This document shows positions 8,654 through 19,379 of a DNA stretch of 64,000 bases, piece by piece. Source of the stretch: a virus; IMG/VR virus record IMGVR_UViG_3300037248_000024, positions 34,051 to 98,050 of that record. The stretch is one strand, 5' to 3'. The translations under genes and the position numbers were made by a program. Every line of letters starts with the position of its first letter. The first letter of the stretch is position 1. Below the pieces are notes generated by a model. It did not search any database and was not told the origin of the DNA. It was given only the letters and a program-made list of their open reading frames with translations.

Positions 8654-9146
8654 GCGCGCTTCCAGAAGTCAATGTTTTCGCGACGCCAGTGAAAATTGTA
8701 ACGCATCCAACCGAATGGCATGTCGAACAAGTCGATTCGGATGGCGATGGCGGTATTGATGTTGCGATCTTTGTTGGGCCAAACGCAGAAGTTCGCGCGT
8801 CGGAATACGCCGACCGCCTCAGACTTGGATTAGGAGCAACCCCATGAGCACCACCCGGATACCGACTGAGTGCTTTCATCCCTCGGTTCATATTCAGGAG
8901 GAACTTGACGCGCGCGGCTGGACGCGTGAAGAACTGGCGATTCGAATGGGCGGCGATCCCGTCGTCAATTTGTTAAGCATTGACTTATATTTTGAAGTCG
9001 GGCCGGTTGAGAGTGACCTACGGATCGGCGATTGTAACGATTTCGCTCGCGCTTTTAATTGCGAGGCGGCGTTCTTTCGCAATCTGGAAGCCGCGTGGCT
9101 GAACGGTCGCACCACACCCACCACGCGACCGGAGGAAAGATGAGCG
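8617..9146 (+). repeat. 40-bp direct repeat at gene junctions (8617-8656 and 9107-9146)
   Basis: TCGC[G/A]CCACACCC[G/A]CCACGCGACCGGAGGAA[G/A]GATGAGCG with 3 mismatches. Confidence 0.9.
8844..9143 (+). CDS. HigA-like HTH protein
   Basis: FHPSVHIQEELDARGWTREELAIRMG...AFFRNLE. Confidence 0.7.
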   Translation: MSTTRIPTECFHPSVHIQEELDARGWTREELAIRMGGDPVVNLLSIDLYFEVGPVESDLRIGDCNDFARAFNCEAAFFRNLEAAWLNGRTTPTTRPEER

Positions 9147-9669
9147 ACGAATCAACCGGATGCGCGGATGACGGTAGCGATCTATCGGCGGCGCTCGCCA
9201 CGATTGTAGTGAACGAAACGAAATTGGACCGCATCTTGTTGTCCGCCAGGATTGAGAGACGCGTCAATGAGCGAATGTTGGATGTGCTCCACAAATCGTG
9301 GATGAGGACAATGCGGGACGATATCCTGCGAATCGTAAACGAAGAACTGGACAGGTAAGGAGAAACGAACTTGACCACGACAACGACACAACCCATCGGC
9401 GCGGCGAATGGCGCGGGACCCATCATCACAATCACCCATAAGTTCAGGGATATGTCCGAAGACAGGCGCCCGCAGGACCCCGGCATGAATGGCGAGGGCT
9501 GGACATTCGAAACCATGGAGCATGGCGGCGAATATCCTGACATGATGCCGCAAGCCATCAAAGCAACTGATGCAGAGGGACGTTCCTGCATCTACACCCC
9601 GGTATCGGTTGATGGCCGTGTCGTAGACAGCATTCTGTTTAATTATCACACCGATTTCGGAACCACCCC

Positions 9670-10242
9670 ATGAAAACCCTCCTCCTCTCGACCGCCGTCT
9701 TCATTCTACCCGTCGCGTCATGGGCACAGGCCGCCACATCACCCGGTGTTGACCTCTCGCCCATCGTGCAGCCCATCCTGGCCATCATTGGCGCTGTCAT
9801 CACGGGGTTGCTCGCCATCTATGTTCCGAAAGGGTTGGCGGCCTTCCAGGCGCGTACCGGCATCCAACTCACCGACCAGCAACGCGCCGTCATTCTTGGT
9901 GCCGTGCAGACGGCGGCGGGCAACCTGGAAACGCAACTCGACCAGGGCGCGCTCAGGGTTGCTCATATCAACATCGCCAACGCCACGGTGCGCTCGGAAG
10001 CCGTTGCCGCGATCAATGCCGTGCCGGACGCGATGGCGGCGCTGAACATGACGACGGATGGCGTGGCGCGGATGATCGTGGGCAAGGTGGATACGGCGGC
10101 GCATGGGCAGGCGGTGGCGTCGCCGCAGGCCGCGCTCGGCGTGAATGCCGTCCAGGGTCCCGCCACGGCTGCCGCGTTGCCAACGGCGGTCGCGGCGCCC
10201 GTTGGTGGCCTGCCGCCCAATCCGCCCGTTGCGGGGGTGTGA
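9670..10242 (+). CDS. signal peptide plus TM membrane protein, holin/lysis-associated candidate
   Basis: Signal peptide ending ASWA; TM segment ILAIIGAVITGLLAIYV. Confidence 0.55.
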   Translation: MKTLLLSTAVFILPVASWAQAATSPGVDLSPIVQPILAIIGAVITGLLAIYVPKGLAAFQARTGIQLTDQQRAVILGAVQTAAGNLETQLDQGALRVAHINIANATVRSEAVAAINAVPDAMAALNMTTDGVARMIVGKVDTAAHGQAVASPQAALGVNAVQGPATAAALPTAVAAPVGGLPPNPPVAGV

Positions 10243-10901
10243 TGGACAAGGAACCCGCCAACGATGATGATGTCGTATCCCCGCCAATGATGACATTCTC
10301 CGATCTGGCTATCGGCCTCGGTCTGGACGAAGACACACTGTTACGGCGTTTCGCTGACATCCTCAATCGCCGTGAGCCACCCACCGCCCCGGACCCCTCG
10401 CCGTGACCCCGACCGCCGAATACGCCATCGCGAAACGCTCCATCGGGCCACTTACCGCCATGGGTCTCGGTGCTGCTCTGGCCATGGCCATGACGGCGGA
10501 CATCGCGCCTCTCGGTTCCCGTGCCGCATCCCGCTACGGTCCCTCTGAAAAGACAGCCCGTGCGATGACGAAATCGGACGCTAAAGCAAAACGCATCCGC
10601 CGCCTGCAACGCACCGCGCGCCGGGCGCGGAGGAGGGCGGGGTGAGCGAGGCGCACGATATTTATCGGATCGCGCCAGTGCACGGAGGCTACGAAGCCCA
10701 GATGCTCTACCATTGTGGCGCTCGCGAAGCGGAGGAATGGTTTCCGTTGAACCCAGATGGATTCTGGTCCGACCCTGACGCATTTTCATTTGGCTTGATC
10801 TCGAAACGTCACGTCTTTGCTACTCAGACCGAGGCTGCGGCAGCCATTCGTAACGCTCAGGCCATTAACGTGTCTGATGAGTCTGAGCGACAGACGGCGA
10901 G

Positions 10902-11360
10902 ATGAGCCAACTGTTCGTTGATATGGACGGTGTTTTGGCGGACTTCGATACCGGCCACGAACAAATGCTTGGCATCACGACAAGCAAGTTGACGGATAAC
11001 GTGGACTGGAAGGCGGTTCGCGCGGTTCCTGGCTTTTACGTCAATCTACCTCCGATGCCGGACATGCACTTGCTTTGGGCTTACATTGAGCGGCACCGCC
11101 CGATCGTTCTGACTGGCGTTCCGCATTCGGTTGAAGAAGCGCCCGAGAACAAACGCGCCTGGGTTCGTAAGCATCTGGGCTCGCACGTTGAGGTTCGGTG
11201 TTGCCAGTCCAGCGGGAAGTGCGAGCATGCCGCTCCGGGAGACATTCTGATCGACGATTGGGAGAAATATCGCCATCTATGGGTTGCCAAAGGTGGCCTC
11301 TGGATCACCCACACGAACGCCGCCGACACGATCTTGCAACTTGAAGCCCTGGGCTTCTGA
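10902..11360 (+). CDS. 5'(3')-deoxyribonucleotidase, NT5C/HAD family
   Basis: LFVDMDGVLADF (motif I), VLTG, ILIDD (motif IV). Confidence 0.9.
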   Translation: MSQLFVDMDGVLADFDTGHEQMLGITTSKLTDNVDWKAVRAVPGFYVNLPPMPDMHLLWAYIERHRPIVLTGVPHSVEEAPENKRAWVRKHLGSHVEVRCCQSSGKCEHAAPGDILIDDWEKYRHLWVAKGGLWITHTNAADTILQLEALGF

Positions 11361-11380
11361 ACCCAACAAAGGAACCACCC

Positions 11381-11854
11381 ATGAACCCCCTCCGCACCCT
11401 CCCCATCGCCGCCGCCCTTCTGCTGGCGAGTTGCGCGACCCCGGTCAACCCAACCCTCCTCGCGGACGGCCAACTCGCCGTCGCGACGCTGAGCACGATC
11501 GACACCATCGCGGGCAACATCCCAGGCGTCCCGGCGTCCGTGACGGGGCTGATCGGTGTCGCCCTCACCGGCATCCAGGCCGGGCTGACGGACCTCCAGA
11601 GCGGTGCCCAGACGCCCGCGAGCGTGGCTACGTTGATCCAGACCGAAATCAAGACCGTGGCACAACCCGTGGCGACCGACCTCAAGGCCAACGCGACGAT
11701 CCAGAACGGGTTGACGCTACTGTCCAATCTGGCGCCGGTCATCGCGGCGGATGTGGCTCCGGTGCCTACGGCCTCTGTGACGGCTGCCGTGGCGCCCCAT
11801 GCCGATCCGCGCGCGGCGCTGGCGGCGTGGAACGCGAAGCCGGGGCCGAGGTGA
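11381..11854 (+). CDS. lipoprotein
   Basis: Lipobox LLLASC after a hydrophobic signal; AAAGGA RBS. Confidence 0.75.
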   Translation: MNPLRTLPIAAALLLASCATPVNPTLLADGQLAVATLSTIDTIAGNIPGVPASVTGLIGVALTGIQAGLTDLQSGAQTPASVATLIQTEIKTVAQPVATDLKANATIQNGLTLLSNLAPVIAADVAPVPTASVTAAVAPHADPRAALAAWNAKPGPR

Positions 11855-12476
11855 TGGCCGACCGCGCCTTCCTTGAGCGCCTGACGAAACAGCTTGCCGA
11901 TGAAGGTAGGCTGATCGAGGCTGGTTGGGTCGCCCTCCGGTTGGAATGCGTGCCTCTCAATGCGCCAGCGGTCCAACTGGAGGAAATGCGGAACGCGTAC
12001 ATGGCTGGCGCGCAACATCTGTTCGCAAGTATGCTGGGAATGCTCGATCCGGGCACCGAAGAAACGCCGGATGACATGAGGCGTATGGATTTGATCGCCC
12101 GTGAGATGGAAGTTTTCGGTAAAGAACTTGAACTGCGTGTGGCGCGAGCGAAGGGGAGCGCGTGATGAGTGAAACCACAAACGGCGGTTGCTTCTATGCC
12201 GAATACAAGCCGACACTTTCGGAACGGTTCTGGCGCGCGATGGGCTTCAAACGCGCGTATGTACACGCGCCGAATTTTATGGAGGAAGTCGAGGGGTTCG
12301 TTTCCGGCAGCATTACAACCAACGTGATTTGTCACATGGGATGGCTGGATCGACTTCGGCTTCTGGTGAGCGGCAAGATGATTGTCGCCTTGGCCACCAT
12401 GACCAATGTTACCGTTGATCGTGCCGTGACAGTCAGCGAGTGCGGCGTATTGCCGCCTGGGGAGCATAAACCGTGA
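11854..12476 (+). CDS. two hypothetical genes (11854-12165, 12162-12476)
   Basis: Coupled ORFs; EMRNAYMAGAQHLF is a phage-type motif. Confidence 0.6.
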
Positions 12477-13003
12477 CCCGCGCGGCGCGGGCGATGGGGA
12501 GCGGGAAGGTGAACGATCTTCTCGTCCAATCTAACGCGGACATTTCCGTCGATGGTAAATATCGCTATCGGCTTGAACGCCGCTGGTCAGATGTGCCTTC
12601 GTTGCCATTCGTCATGCTGAACCCCTCGACTGCCGACGCCGAGGTTGACGATCCCACGATCCGCCGCTGCGTGGGATTCGCGCGTCGCGAAGGTGCTGGC
12701 GGGATCATCGTGGTTAATTTGTTTGGTCTTCGTGCGACTGATCCAAATGAATTAAGTTTTGCCGATGATCCATTTGGCCCACAGAACGAGGCCGCGATTC
12801 GACGTGTAGCACAGGAAACTGCTCACACTTCCATGCCGATCATCTGCGCATGGGGAGCCCACGTATCAAGATGCGCCGACACTCTGGCATTGCGGGACCT
12901 GCGTGCATGGGGCACCCTTAAATGTCTCGGTAAAACAAAATATGGCTATCCACGCCACCCGCTTGACGTAAAGGGCGATCAGCCATTGGAAACTTTCCCA
13001 TGA
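12473..13003 (+). CDS. DUF1643 family protein
   Basis: YRYRLERRW...MLNPSTADAEVDDPTIRRC...VNLF...CAWG...PRHPL. Confidence 0.9.
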   Translation: MTRAARAMGSGKVNDLLVQSNADISVDGKYRYRLERRWSDVPSLPFVMLNPSTADAEVDDPTIRRCVGFARREGAGGIIVVNLFGLRATDPNELSFADDPFGPQNEAAIRRVAQETAHTSMPIICAWGAHVSRCADTLALRDLRAWGTLKCLGKTKYGYPRHPLDVKGDQPLETFP

Positions 13004-13094
13004 CAACCCAGATCGCCGTGATCCGCGCCACCAACGCCCTGGCCGACGCCGACGTGATTTCCATGCTCGGTGCTATAGCCGAAGGTATTTGCGA

Positions 13095-13652
13095 ATGATC
13101 ATCCCCTACACCAAAATACCCGCCTGGTGCCACCAAGGAAATGAAGCGGATTCGTTCGGCCTGTGCGCGTTCGCCGGAATGGGCAATCTCGCCCTGGTCC
13201 AGGGACTTCAAAAATTCCCCGATGTCGAGATCGAGTCCGCCGCCCGCGAGATCGAGGGGTTCGATCCCTACATCCATGCCACGGACACCGGCATCGCGTT
13301 GGAGGTCTTGTTCGGTCGCGTTGCCGCGTTTGGTTGGCCTGGCGATCCTTCTCGGCTGATCCAATGGGCAAAGACGGACACCGACGGCATCCCCAATGTC
13401 ATCGCCACGCGCGGCGGTTGCCTGGTGGCGCTACGGCTGCCGATGAACGAAGCGGGAGACGACTACGACTGGACGGATAATGCCATGGAGCGTGAGGCCA
13501 GTGGCGTCTATGGCCATGCGGTTCTCATCGTCGATTGCACCGGAACCGAACTGACGGCGATTACCTGGGGCCGGACGCAGACGTTTCCGCGGCGGTGGTT
13601 CGAGGCTTATGGGTTTGGGCAGTATGATGTGTTGTGGACGGTTGAGACGTGA
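13095..13652 (+). CDS. papain-like cysteine peptidase candidate
   Basis: GLCAFAG ... GHAVLIV ... ITWG pattern of C1/C39-like folds. Confidence 0.6.
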   Translation: MIIPYTKIPAWCHQGNEADSFGLCAFAGMGNLALVQGLQKFPDVEIESAAREIEGFDPYIHATDTGIALEVLFGRVAAFGWPGDPSRLIQWAKTDTDGIPNVIATRGGCLVALRLPMNEAGDDYDWTDNAMEREASGVYGHAVLIVDCTGTELTAITWGRTQTFPRRWFEAYGFGQYDVLWTVET

Positions 13653-13755
13653 AATACTGGATCGCCGCCGTCGTCACCATCATCCTCCTGGTCGTCTTCC
13701 GCAACGCCATCCCGACGTTTCTGATCGGTGTCGTTGATTTGTTGGAGTATGGGCG

Positions 13756-14421
13756 GTGGTGAGGCCGCTGGCGATTGATTTGTTCTGCGGCGCTGGCGGC
13801 GCAGGCATGGGCTTACACCGTGCTGGATTCGACGTGATCGGGGTCGATATAAAGCCGCAGCCGAGATATCCGTTTCCGTTCGTGCGGGCGGATGCCTGTG
13901 ATCCGCCATTGGACCTTTCGCGAGCCGCGTTTGTCTGGGCCAGTCCGCCATGTCAGCTTTACAGCGCCGGATCATTACCACAACGCCGAGGCGGGACACT
14001 ATACCCAGACCTAATTCCGCCGGTCCGAACGATGCTCGCCCGTTTTCACGGAGGCACCGTCATAGAAAACGTGATGGGGGCTCCCTTGCGGGCCGATGTT
14101 GTTCTCGACGGCACGATGTTTCCGGACCTACGGGTTGTGCGGAAGCGGCAGTTTGAAACGAACTTTCGAGTTCCATTTCGGCTTGGCTTTCGGTCAATCG
14201 GGCTCGTCTCTAACCACGGCTGGTCGAGTGTGCATGGCGATGACGCCTCTTCGCATGTCAGGAAACGTCGTAAGACGCGTGGCCTGCGTCCATCTGATAC
14301 CAGTGAGCAGCGCCGAATTGACATGGGCATCAGCTGGATGAACCGTAAGGAACTAAGCGAGTCAATCCCGCCAGCCTACAGCGAGTTCATCGGTCGCGCG
14401 TTTCTGGAGCAGCGAGGATAA
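13756..14421 (+). CDS. C5-cytosine DNA methyltransferase (short phage type)
   Basis: DLFCGAGG, SPPCQ and IENV motifs. Confidence 0.9.
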   Translation: MVRPLAIDLFCGAGGAGMGLHRAGFDVIGVDIKPQPRYPFPFVRADACDPPLDLSRAAFVWASPPCQLYSAGSLPQRRGGTLYPDLIPPVRTMLARFHGGTVIENVMGAPLRADVVLDGTMFPDLRVVRKRQFETNFRVPFRLGFRSIGLVSNHGWSSVHGDDASSHVRKRRKTRGLRPSDTSEQRRIDMGISWMNRKELSESIPPAYSEFIGRAFLEQRG

Positions 14422-14472
14422 CCCAAGCCGCCGCCGCGGATCGGGAGCGCCCCGGCCATGGTGTGGGGATTA

Positions 14473-16656
14473 TCAACCCGCCAATGCTGTCACGAACGGC
14501 GTCACAACCTTTGGCATAGCGGCGGGATCGGCCAGATAAATCGCCTGCCAGCGCGGATCGTCGCCGTTCCGTTTCTGCCATTGGCCGCCCCAATAGTTAA
14601 GGGCGGAGTCACTTTTGAACGGCCCCACGATTTCGTAGCAATCGTCATACACACAGATAATGCAGTTCGCTTTCATCGGTCGTCTCCTGTTGACGACGGG
14701 ATCGTGAGATGATCGCTCACCTAAATCAAGAACGACTTCGCAACGTACATTTCATGGCTGGCGCCAATGTACCGGGCAGCTCTTGCATGGGGCGGAATAC
14801 TGAGATAGGTTCAATTCAACGGAACGGTGCCAACAAGTCCGCCAGGCGCCGGAAACTGATCCGCTCAAGAGCCGCTTCGGGAAACCGGGGCGGTCTTTGA
14901 TTCAGGACTCATTCTCCGCGAAGATTGCGACCCATTCCATATCAACTGACCGGTTGGCCTTCATCTTGGAAATCCATTGCCGGAACGTCTCGCCGCGACA
15001 CTCACTCATGTCTCCATTCGCGCCGCCAAACCAATATTCAACATATTCGCCGTCCGGGCCGTGTCGAATGCTCAGTATAGTGCGCGCCAGATGCGAGTCG
15101 GATTCGCGACTCGGCGTCCAGACATCACATTGCGTGAGGATGTGCATTGTTCCTCATCACGTCCCCTCCCGCGTGGCGACGGCGGCTCGTAGCGCGATTA
15201 AAATAGCGCGAGCCTGCAAAAGTGCCTTGTGATGTTCGATTCGAGCCGGACCGTTATCCGGATCGTCCCATCTGGCCAGGGGATGAGAAAAGTTCCAGCC
15301 CGCCTGTGCCACACAATTCATTTGCTCCGCGTTGTCCGGGTTGAGAAGTATGCTGGCGGCTTCTAATGTCGTGATACGAGTTTCCGACGCGGCGAGCGCG
15401 GCGCAGAGGCGATCCCTCTCCGCCTCAATCTCTCGATAATCATCCTCCACGCGTTGGCATTGCAGGATGCGTTCTTTGTGGAAACTTTTCAGTTCGGCGT
15501 ATTGGGCGCGGAGTCGGTCGAGTTCATCGCGAAGCATCGCCTCGGTCGGAACGCCTGTCACGCCAGCGACAAAACGGTCCGAACTCTCTTCCGCGAGCCT
15601 GATTACGGCGGCTTTCTGTTCTTCGTTCATGTCCGTTCCTTCAACGCGGCGATGGCCGAACGCGCCTCGTCTATCTTCGCCAGACAATCCATCGCCTCAC
15701 CAATGATGCCGCCTTCGCTATCGTCCACGGATTTAATATCGCCGCCAAGCGTATGACTATCAACACGCACCTTCAATTCTTCGGTGACGAACTCGTGCGT
15801 AAATTTAAGCGCCCGCGCCACGACATCCACACTCGCCTCGTCGAGGGTGACGGCGGCACGGCGGTTCCAGAACTCCGCAGCACTTTCAGCGGTTGGGCGA
15901 TTCGCACCGTCGGCATGGCATGACTGGCACTCAACGCGCCAATATCCGGACTGCGAAAGTCTCGGTTTGCCAGCACAAAACGGACAGTCTTTTATACCAA
16001 GCGCCTCACAGCGTTCACGATTAAGGCGAGCGAAGGGATGTTCGGGCGGCACGAGCACGGGGTCAGTCATGGGTGGGACCTTTCATGTGGTGCGTCGCGA
16101 TGCATATATCCGGCGGACTGAGTACCCATCCATAGACGACGGCGATCTTTGTTTCCCTGTGGTGGCGATCCTCAATTTGTTCGTCGGTCCAGCCAAGTGT
16201 CTTGAGTGCTTTACAAGCCGCAGCGTAATGGTTTTCATCGGCGGAGATGCTGTCGATTATCGCTTTTTGCATCTTGTAAAACTCGTCCGGCGTCACCCTG
16301 ATTTCATCGTCAATGAGATAGGCCATTGCCCGATCCCTCCGTCTCCGCGTGATTGTTGTCTGTCATGGGTGGGGTCATCTCTCCGTCCCTTTTCCACTAT
16401 ACGCGTGATCGATATGCGTGAACTCCAATCCGAGAGGGCCGTATTCGCTCGCGACCGTGACACCGACAATCATACTAATCGGCCCAAATATCGCCATAAA
16501 GAACGCTTCTCCCTGATCTGGCCCCTTCCACACAGCACACCAATCATGATCTATTCCTCCCGTGACGGTGTTGCGTGACCACATCAGGCACGAATCGTTG
16601 TTTCGTTTCGTGAACAAGCCGTAGTCGATGACCCCGCAGACAATCCAGAACAGCGC
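14473..16656 (-). CDS. run of small leftward hypothetical genes (14473-14676, 14902-15147, 15157-about 15630, 16063-16326, 16375-about 16689)
   Basis: Consecutive minus-strand ORFs with RBSs. Confidence 0.55.
15627..16070 (-). CDS. Lar family restriction-alleviation protein
   Basis: KDCPFCAG...VECQSCHA...AAEFWNRRA. Confidence 0.8.
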   Translation of the reverse strand: MTDPVLVPPEHPFARLNRERCEALGIKDCPFCAGKPRLSQSGYWRVECQSCHADGANRPTAESAAEFWNRRAAVTLDEASVDVVARALKFTHEFVTEELKVRVDSHTLGGDIKSVDDSEGGIIGEAMDCLAKIDEARSAIAALKERT

Positions 16657-16685
16657 GACCATGACAGCAACCGGGAGCCATGTTC

Positions 16686-18170
16686 TCATCCCTCCGTCTC
16701 CGGCCGTCCGGCGTGGGGGCAGTCGATGCGTGTGCAGTGACCATAGTGTTTGCACGCTAATTGATATTTGCAATCCCCCGGCGGCCACGCGGGTTCCGGT
16801 GCCGGGGCGAAGGCGGCAGCCTTACGCTTCAGTGCCTCCCAAGCAAAACGGTCGTCAATCTCTTCGACCTTTATGCAATTCCCGTCTTTTGTCATAGCAA
16901 CAAAAAGGAAGCGTACTTTGTTGATATGATAATGGTTCATTCCGACGATAGACCAGTCTTTAAGTTCCGGATAGTTCCACGGAGCCGTCCACTCCGGCGC
17001 CTTCGCCCCCGCGTCCACCACGTTGCCCAACATAACATCCAGCGCGGAATGCGCGGAGATGTGTCCCGCGTCGACGGCATCAAGATCGCGCAAATGATTC
17101 GTCGTCCACAAATCCCTCTCCTCCCGCGTGAGATCGTGTGGCGCCAAAGCGTGCATGATATCGAACCGTTCGGGTGATTTATATTTCGCGGCGGCGACTC
17201 TGAGCGCGTCGTTTGGTTCTGGTGGATTTTCCAGTGCGGCGATGAAAGCCGCGCTGTCGCGTGGGCTGAGTGTCCAGTTGGTTCCGGTGACACGGGCGGT
17301 GTCGGCGGTCGAACCGAGGTCAGCATGTGGTTGAGCAAACATAGGATCGGGGTTGCGCGGTTCATTCCCCGTCAAGGAGGTCTTGGTGTAATGACACTCT
17401 CCATCCCGCAGGCAATTCGCACGCTGATCACAACCGTCCTGAACACCGCAGCGAGACCAATCTACCGGCAGTTGTTGCTGTACGTGCGCTTTGGTCGAAC
17501 CGAGGTCGCCGGCGAGGGGGTCGTCACCGGGCGTATATCTGGAAGAAATACAACCATCGTAGCCATAGGTCCAACCTTCGCCAGGAATCGCATCTGGACC
17601 GCTCATTCTGAGCCATTGGTCGGGAGTGATTGGTTTCATGCCAGGAATTACCAACGCGTCGAATAAAGCCTGTGTAAATCGAGGGGGCTTCGTGCACTCA
17701 AGATAAGCCGCCGCCGCCTTGTGCGTACTTTGCTGTAAATCGTCATTGATCGCACTCGGCCAAAAGTCCACGCATTCTTGCAGCAGCTTTCTCAGTCGTG
17801 CAATTTCGATCAGGTATAGAGGTGGTTCATAGTTTCGTCCGCGCGCACGGTCGGCGGCGGCGAGGGCTGTTTCTACGGCCGCATGGGGAATGTCAAAATT
17901 AGAGACATGGAAACGGTTTCTTCGCAACCAGATGTAAAGTTCTGACCGCGCCGCCTCAACCGCGTCGCCCGGCACGGCGGACGTGGCGGGTTCGCGGCCG
18001 CGCATGGCGGCTTCACACCGGAGCCAACCGCAAATAAAATTACGCGCGGCGATAGAATTATCGTCCGCCCCTGGATTGAACAGTCGCCAAGCGGCCAACG
18101 CTTTCATTTCTCGCGCGTCACTTGAGCTCGGCGTCATTCGTCCGGTCATGTCCTGGGGTCCTTGTGTCAT
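16686..18170 (-). CDS. 494-aa mosaic protein containing a DUF1778/TacA-like C-terminal segment
   Basis: Patchwork of short modules; LSPRDSAAFIAALENPPEPNDALRVAAAKY. Confidence 0.7.
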   Translation of the reverse strand: MTQGPQDMTGRMTPSSSDAREMKALAAWRLFNPGADDNSIAARNFICGWLRCEAAMRGREPATSAVPGDAVEAARSELYIWLRRNRFHVSNFDIPHAAVETALAAADRARGRNYEPPLYLIEIARLRKLLQECVDFWPSAINDDLQQSTHKAAAAYLECTKPPRFTQALFDALVIPGMKPITPDQWLRMSGPDAIPGEGWTYGYDGCISSRYTPGDDPLAGDLGSTKAHVQQQLPVDWSRCGVQDGCDQRANCLRDGECHYTKTSLTGNEPRNPDPMFAQPHADLGSTADTARVTGTNWTLSPRDSAAFIAALENPPEPNDALRVAAAKYKSPERFDIMHALAPHDLTREERDLWTTNHLRDLDAVDAGHISAHSALDVMLGNVVDAGAKAPEWTAPWNYPELKDWSIVGMNHYHINKVRFLFVAMTKDGNCIKVEEIDDRFAWEALKRKAAAFAPAPEPAWPPGDCKYQLACKHYGHCTRIDCPHAGRPETEG

Positions 18171-19129
18171 GCGGGCATCGCTTTGTGTTCGCGGCCGTCA
18201 AGTAGGGAGCCGGCGAGTTTCTTGCCGAAGTTCTGCATTGGGCTATCGAGACACTTCGGAACCGCCAGTATCGCGGAATCATTGCGGCCACGATCATAGG
18301 GTGCCCAACTTCCCCACTGCTTAAAAAAGTACGGCACACCGTTCGCCGCGCACCAGTCCCGAGTTGCCCGGTGCCAATCAGGATGTGATGGCCGCGCGCC
18401 CGGGCCGCTCTCCCCGCCCGATACCATCCATTTGATGAACTCCCAGCCGGGCCAGTTGATAGAGCCAAGCGCTGGTTCATAGCTGACCCAGGTGTTCCAG
18501 CCCATGCGTGCGAGGGCTTCCAGGTGCGGACGGCGTTCGTCGGCTTCTTGCTGGCGCTCGGCGCTGGCGCCGATCCAGACGTTCGGCATCCCACCATGAA
18601 AGCGATCGATGGTCTCTTCGCGAAAAGGAATTGCTTTGAGAGGGTAAGTCGTTTTCACGCCGCCGCTCGTGCGGCTCTGAAACTCCAACATAATCGCCTG
18701 GGCCATCCCGCCGATGTTGCCCATCATCGTCTTTCGGCTCCGCAGGTAGGCAAGTAGCCGCTCGGGGCGCTTGGTTAAAATCTGATAGCGATGCCAATGG
18801 GCTAGCGTAATGGCGGCGAATATGCGATCCAGCATCTCGTCCGTCACGCCTTCGTGCCCGATGTCCCCGTGCGCGGCCACGAAAATGTCTCGTGGCTCTT
18901 TCCATCGCAGTGGCTGATCGAGCCATTGTTCATTGAACCGAACTTCGCCGGTCCAGATATGGTTGCCGTTGACCTCTCGGGTCAGCCCGGCGCGGGACGA
19001 ATGGTTGCGTAACCGTGTTCCAGCAAGACGCATCGCATAGCAGTTCGTGCAGCCGGGTGATTTGATCGAGCAACCGGTCACGATCTGCCAAGTCGCATCC
19101 GTCCATTCGATATGCGTGCCGTCACCCAT
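18167..19129 (-). CDS. DUF5131 / phage Gp37Gp68 family protein
   Basis: IEWTDATW...GCSIKSPGCTNCYA, ILTKRPER, SYEP, GGESG, FFKQWG. Confidence 0.93.
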   Translation of the reverse strand: MGDGTHIEWTDATWQIVTGCSIKSPGCTNCYAMRLAGTRLRNHSSRAGLTREVNGNHIWTGEVRFNEQWLDQPLRWKEPRDIFVAAHGDIGHEGVTDEMLDRIFAAITLAHWHRYQILTKRPERLLAYLRSRKTMMGNIGGMAQAIMLEFQSRTSGGVKTTYPLKAIPFREETIDRFHGGMPNVWIGASAERQQEADERRPHLEALARMGWNTWVSYEPALGSINWPGWEFIKWMVSGGESGPGARPSHPDWHRATRDWCAANGVPYFFKQWGSWAPYDRGRNDSAILAVPKCLDSPMQNFGKKLAGSLLDGREHKAMPA

Positions 19130-19379
19130 CGTTCTGTCCTTGTGTTGGCTTACTCATCGCGGGGGTCTGGGGTGACGCTCGGACGCTGCGTCACATGCAC
19201 GACGTGCCGGTATCCCCAGGCGTCGTAATAGGCTGACTCCCCGCGACAGATCACGACCTGTCTGCGGGCGACCGGGGCGTGCCATTCGGGGTGGTCAAGG
19301 AAATCGAGTGCGATATGCAGCGCTTCGGCTTCGGTGCCGGGTGGACATTCGAGAACGATCTTGCGGTGTTCTTTGTCCA

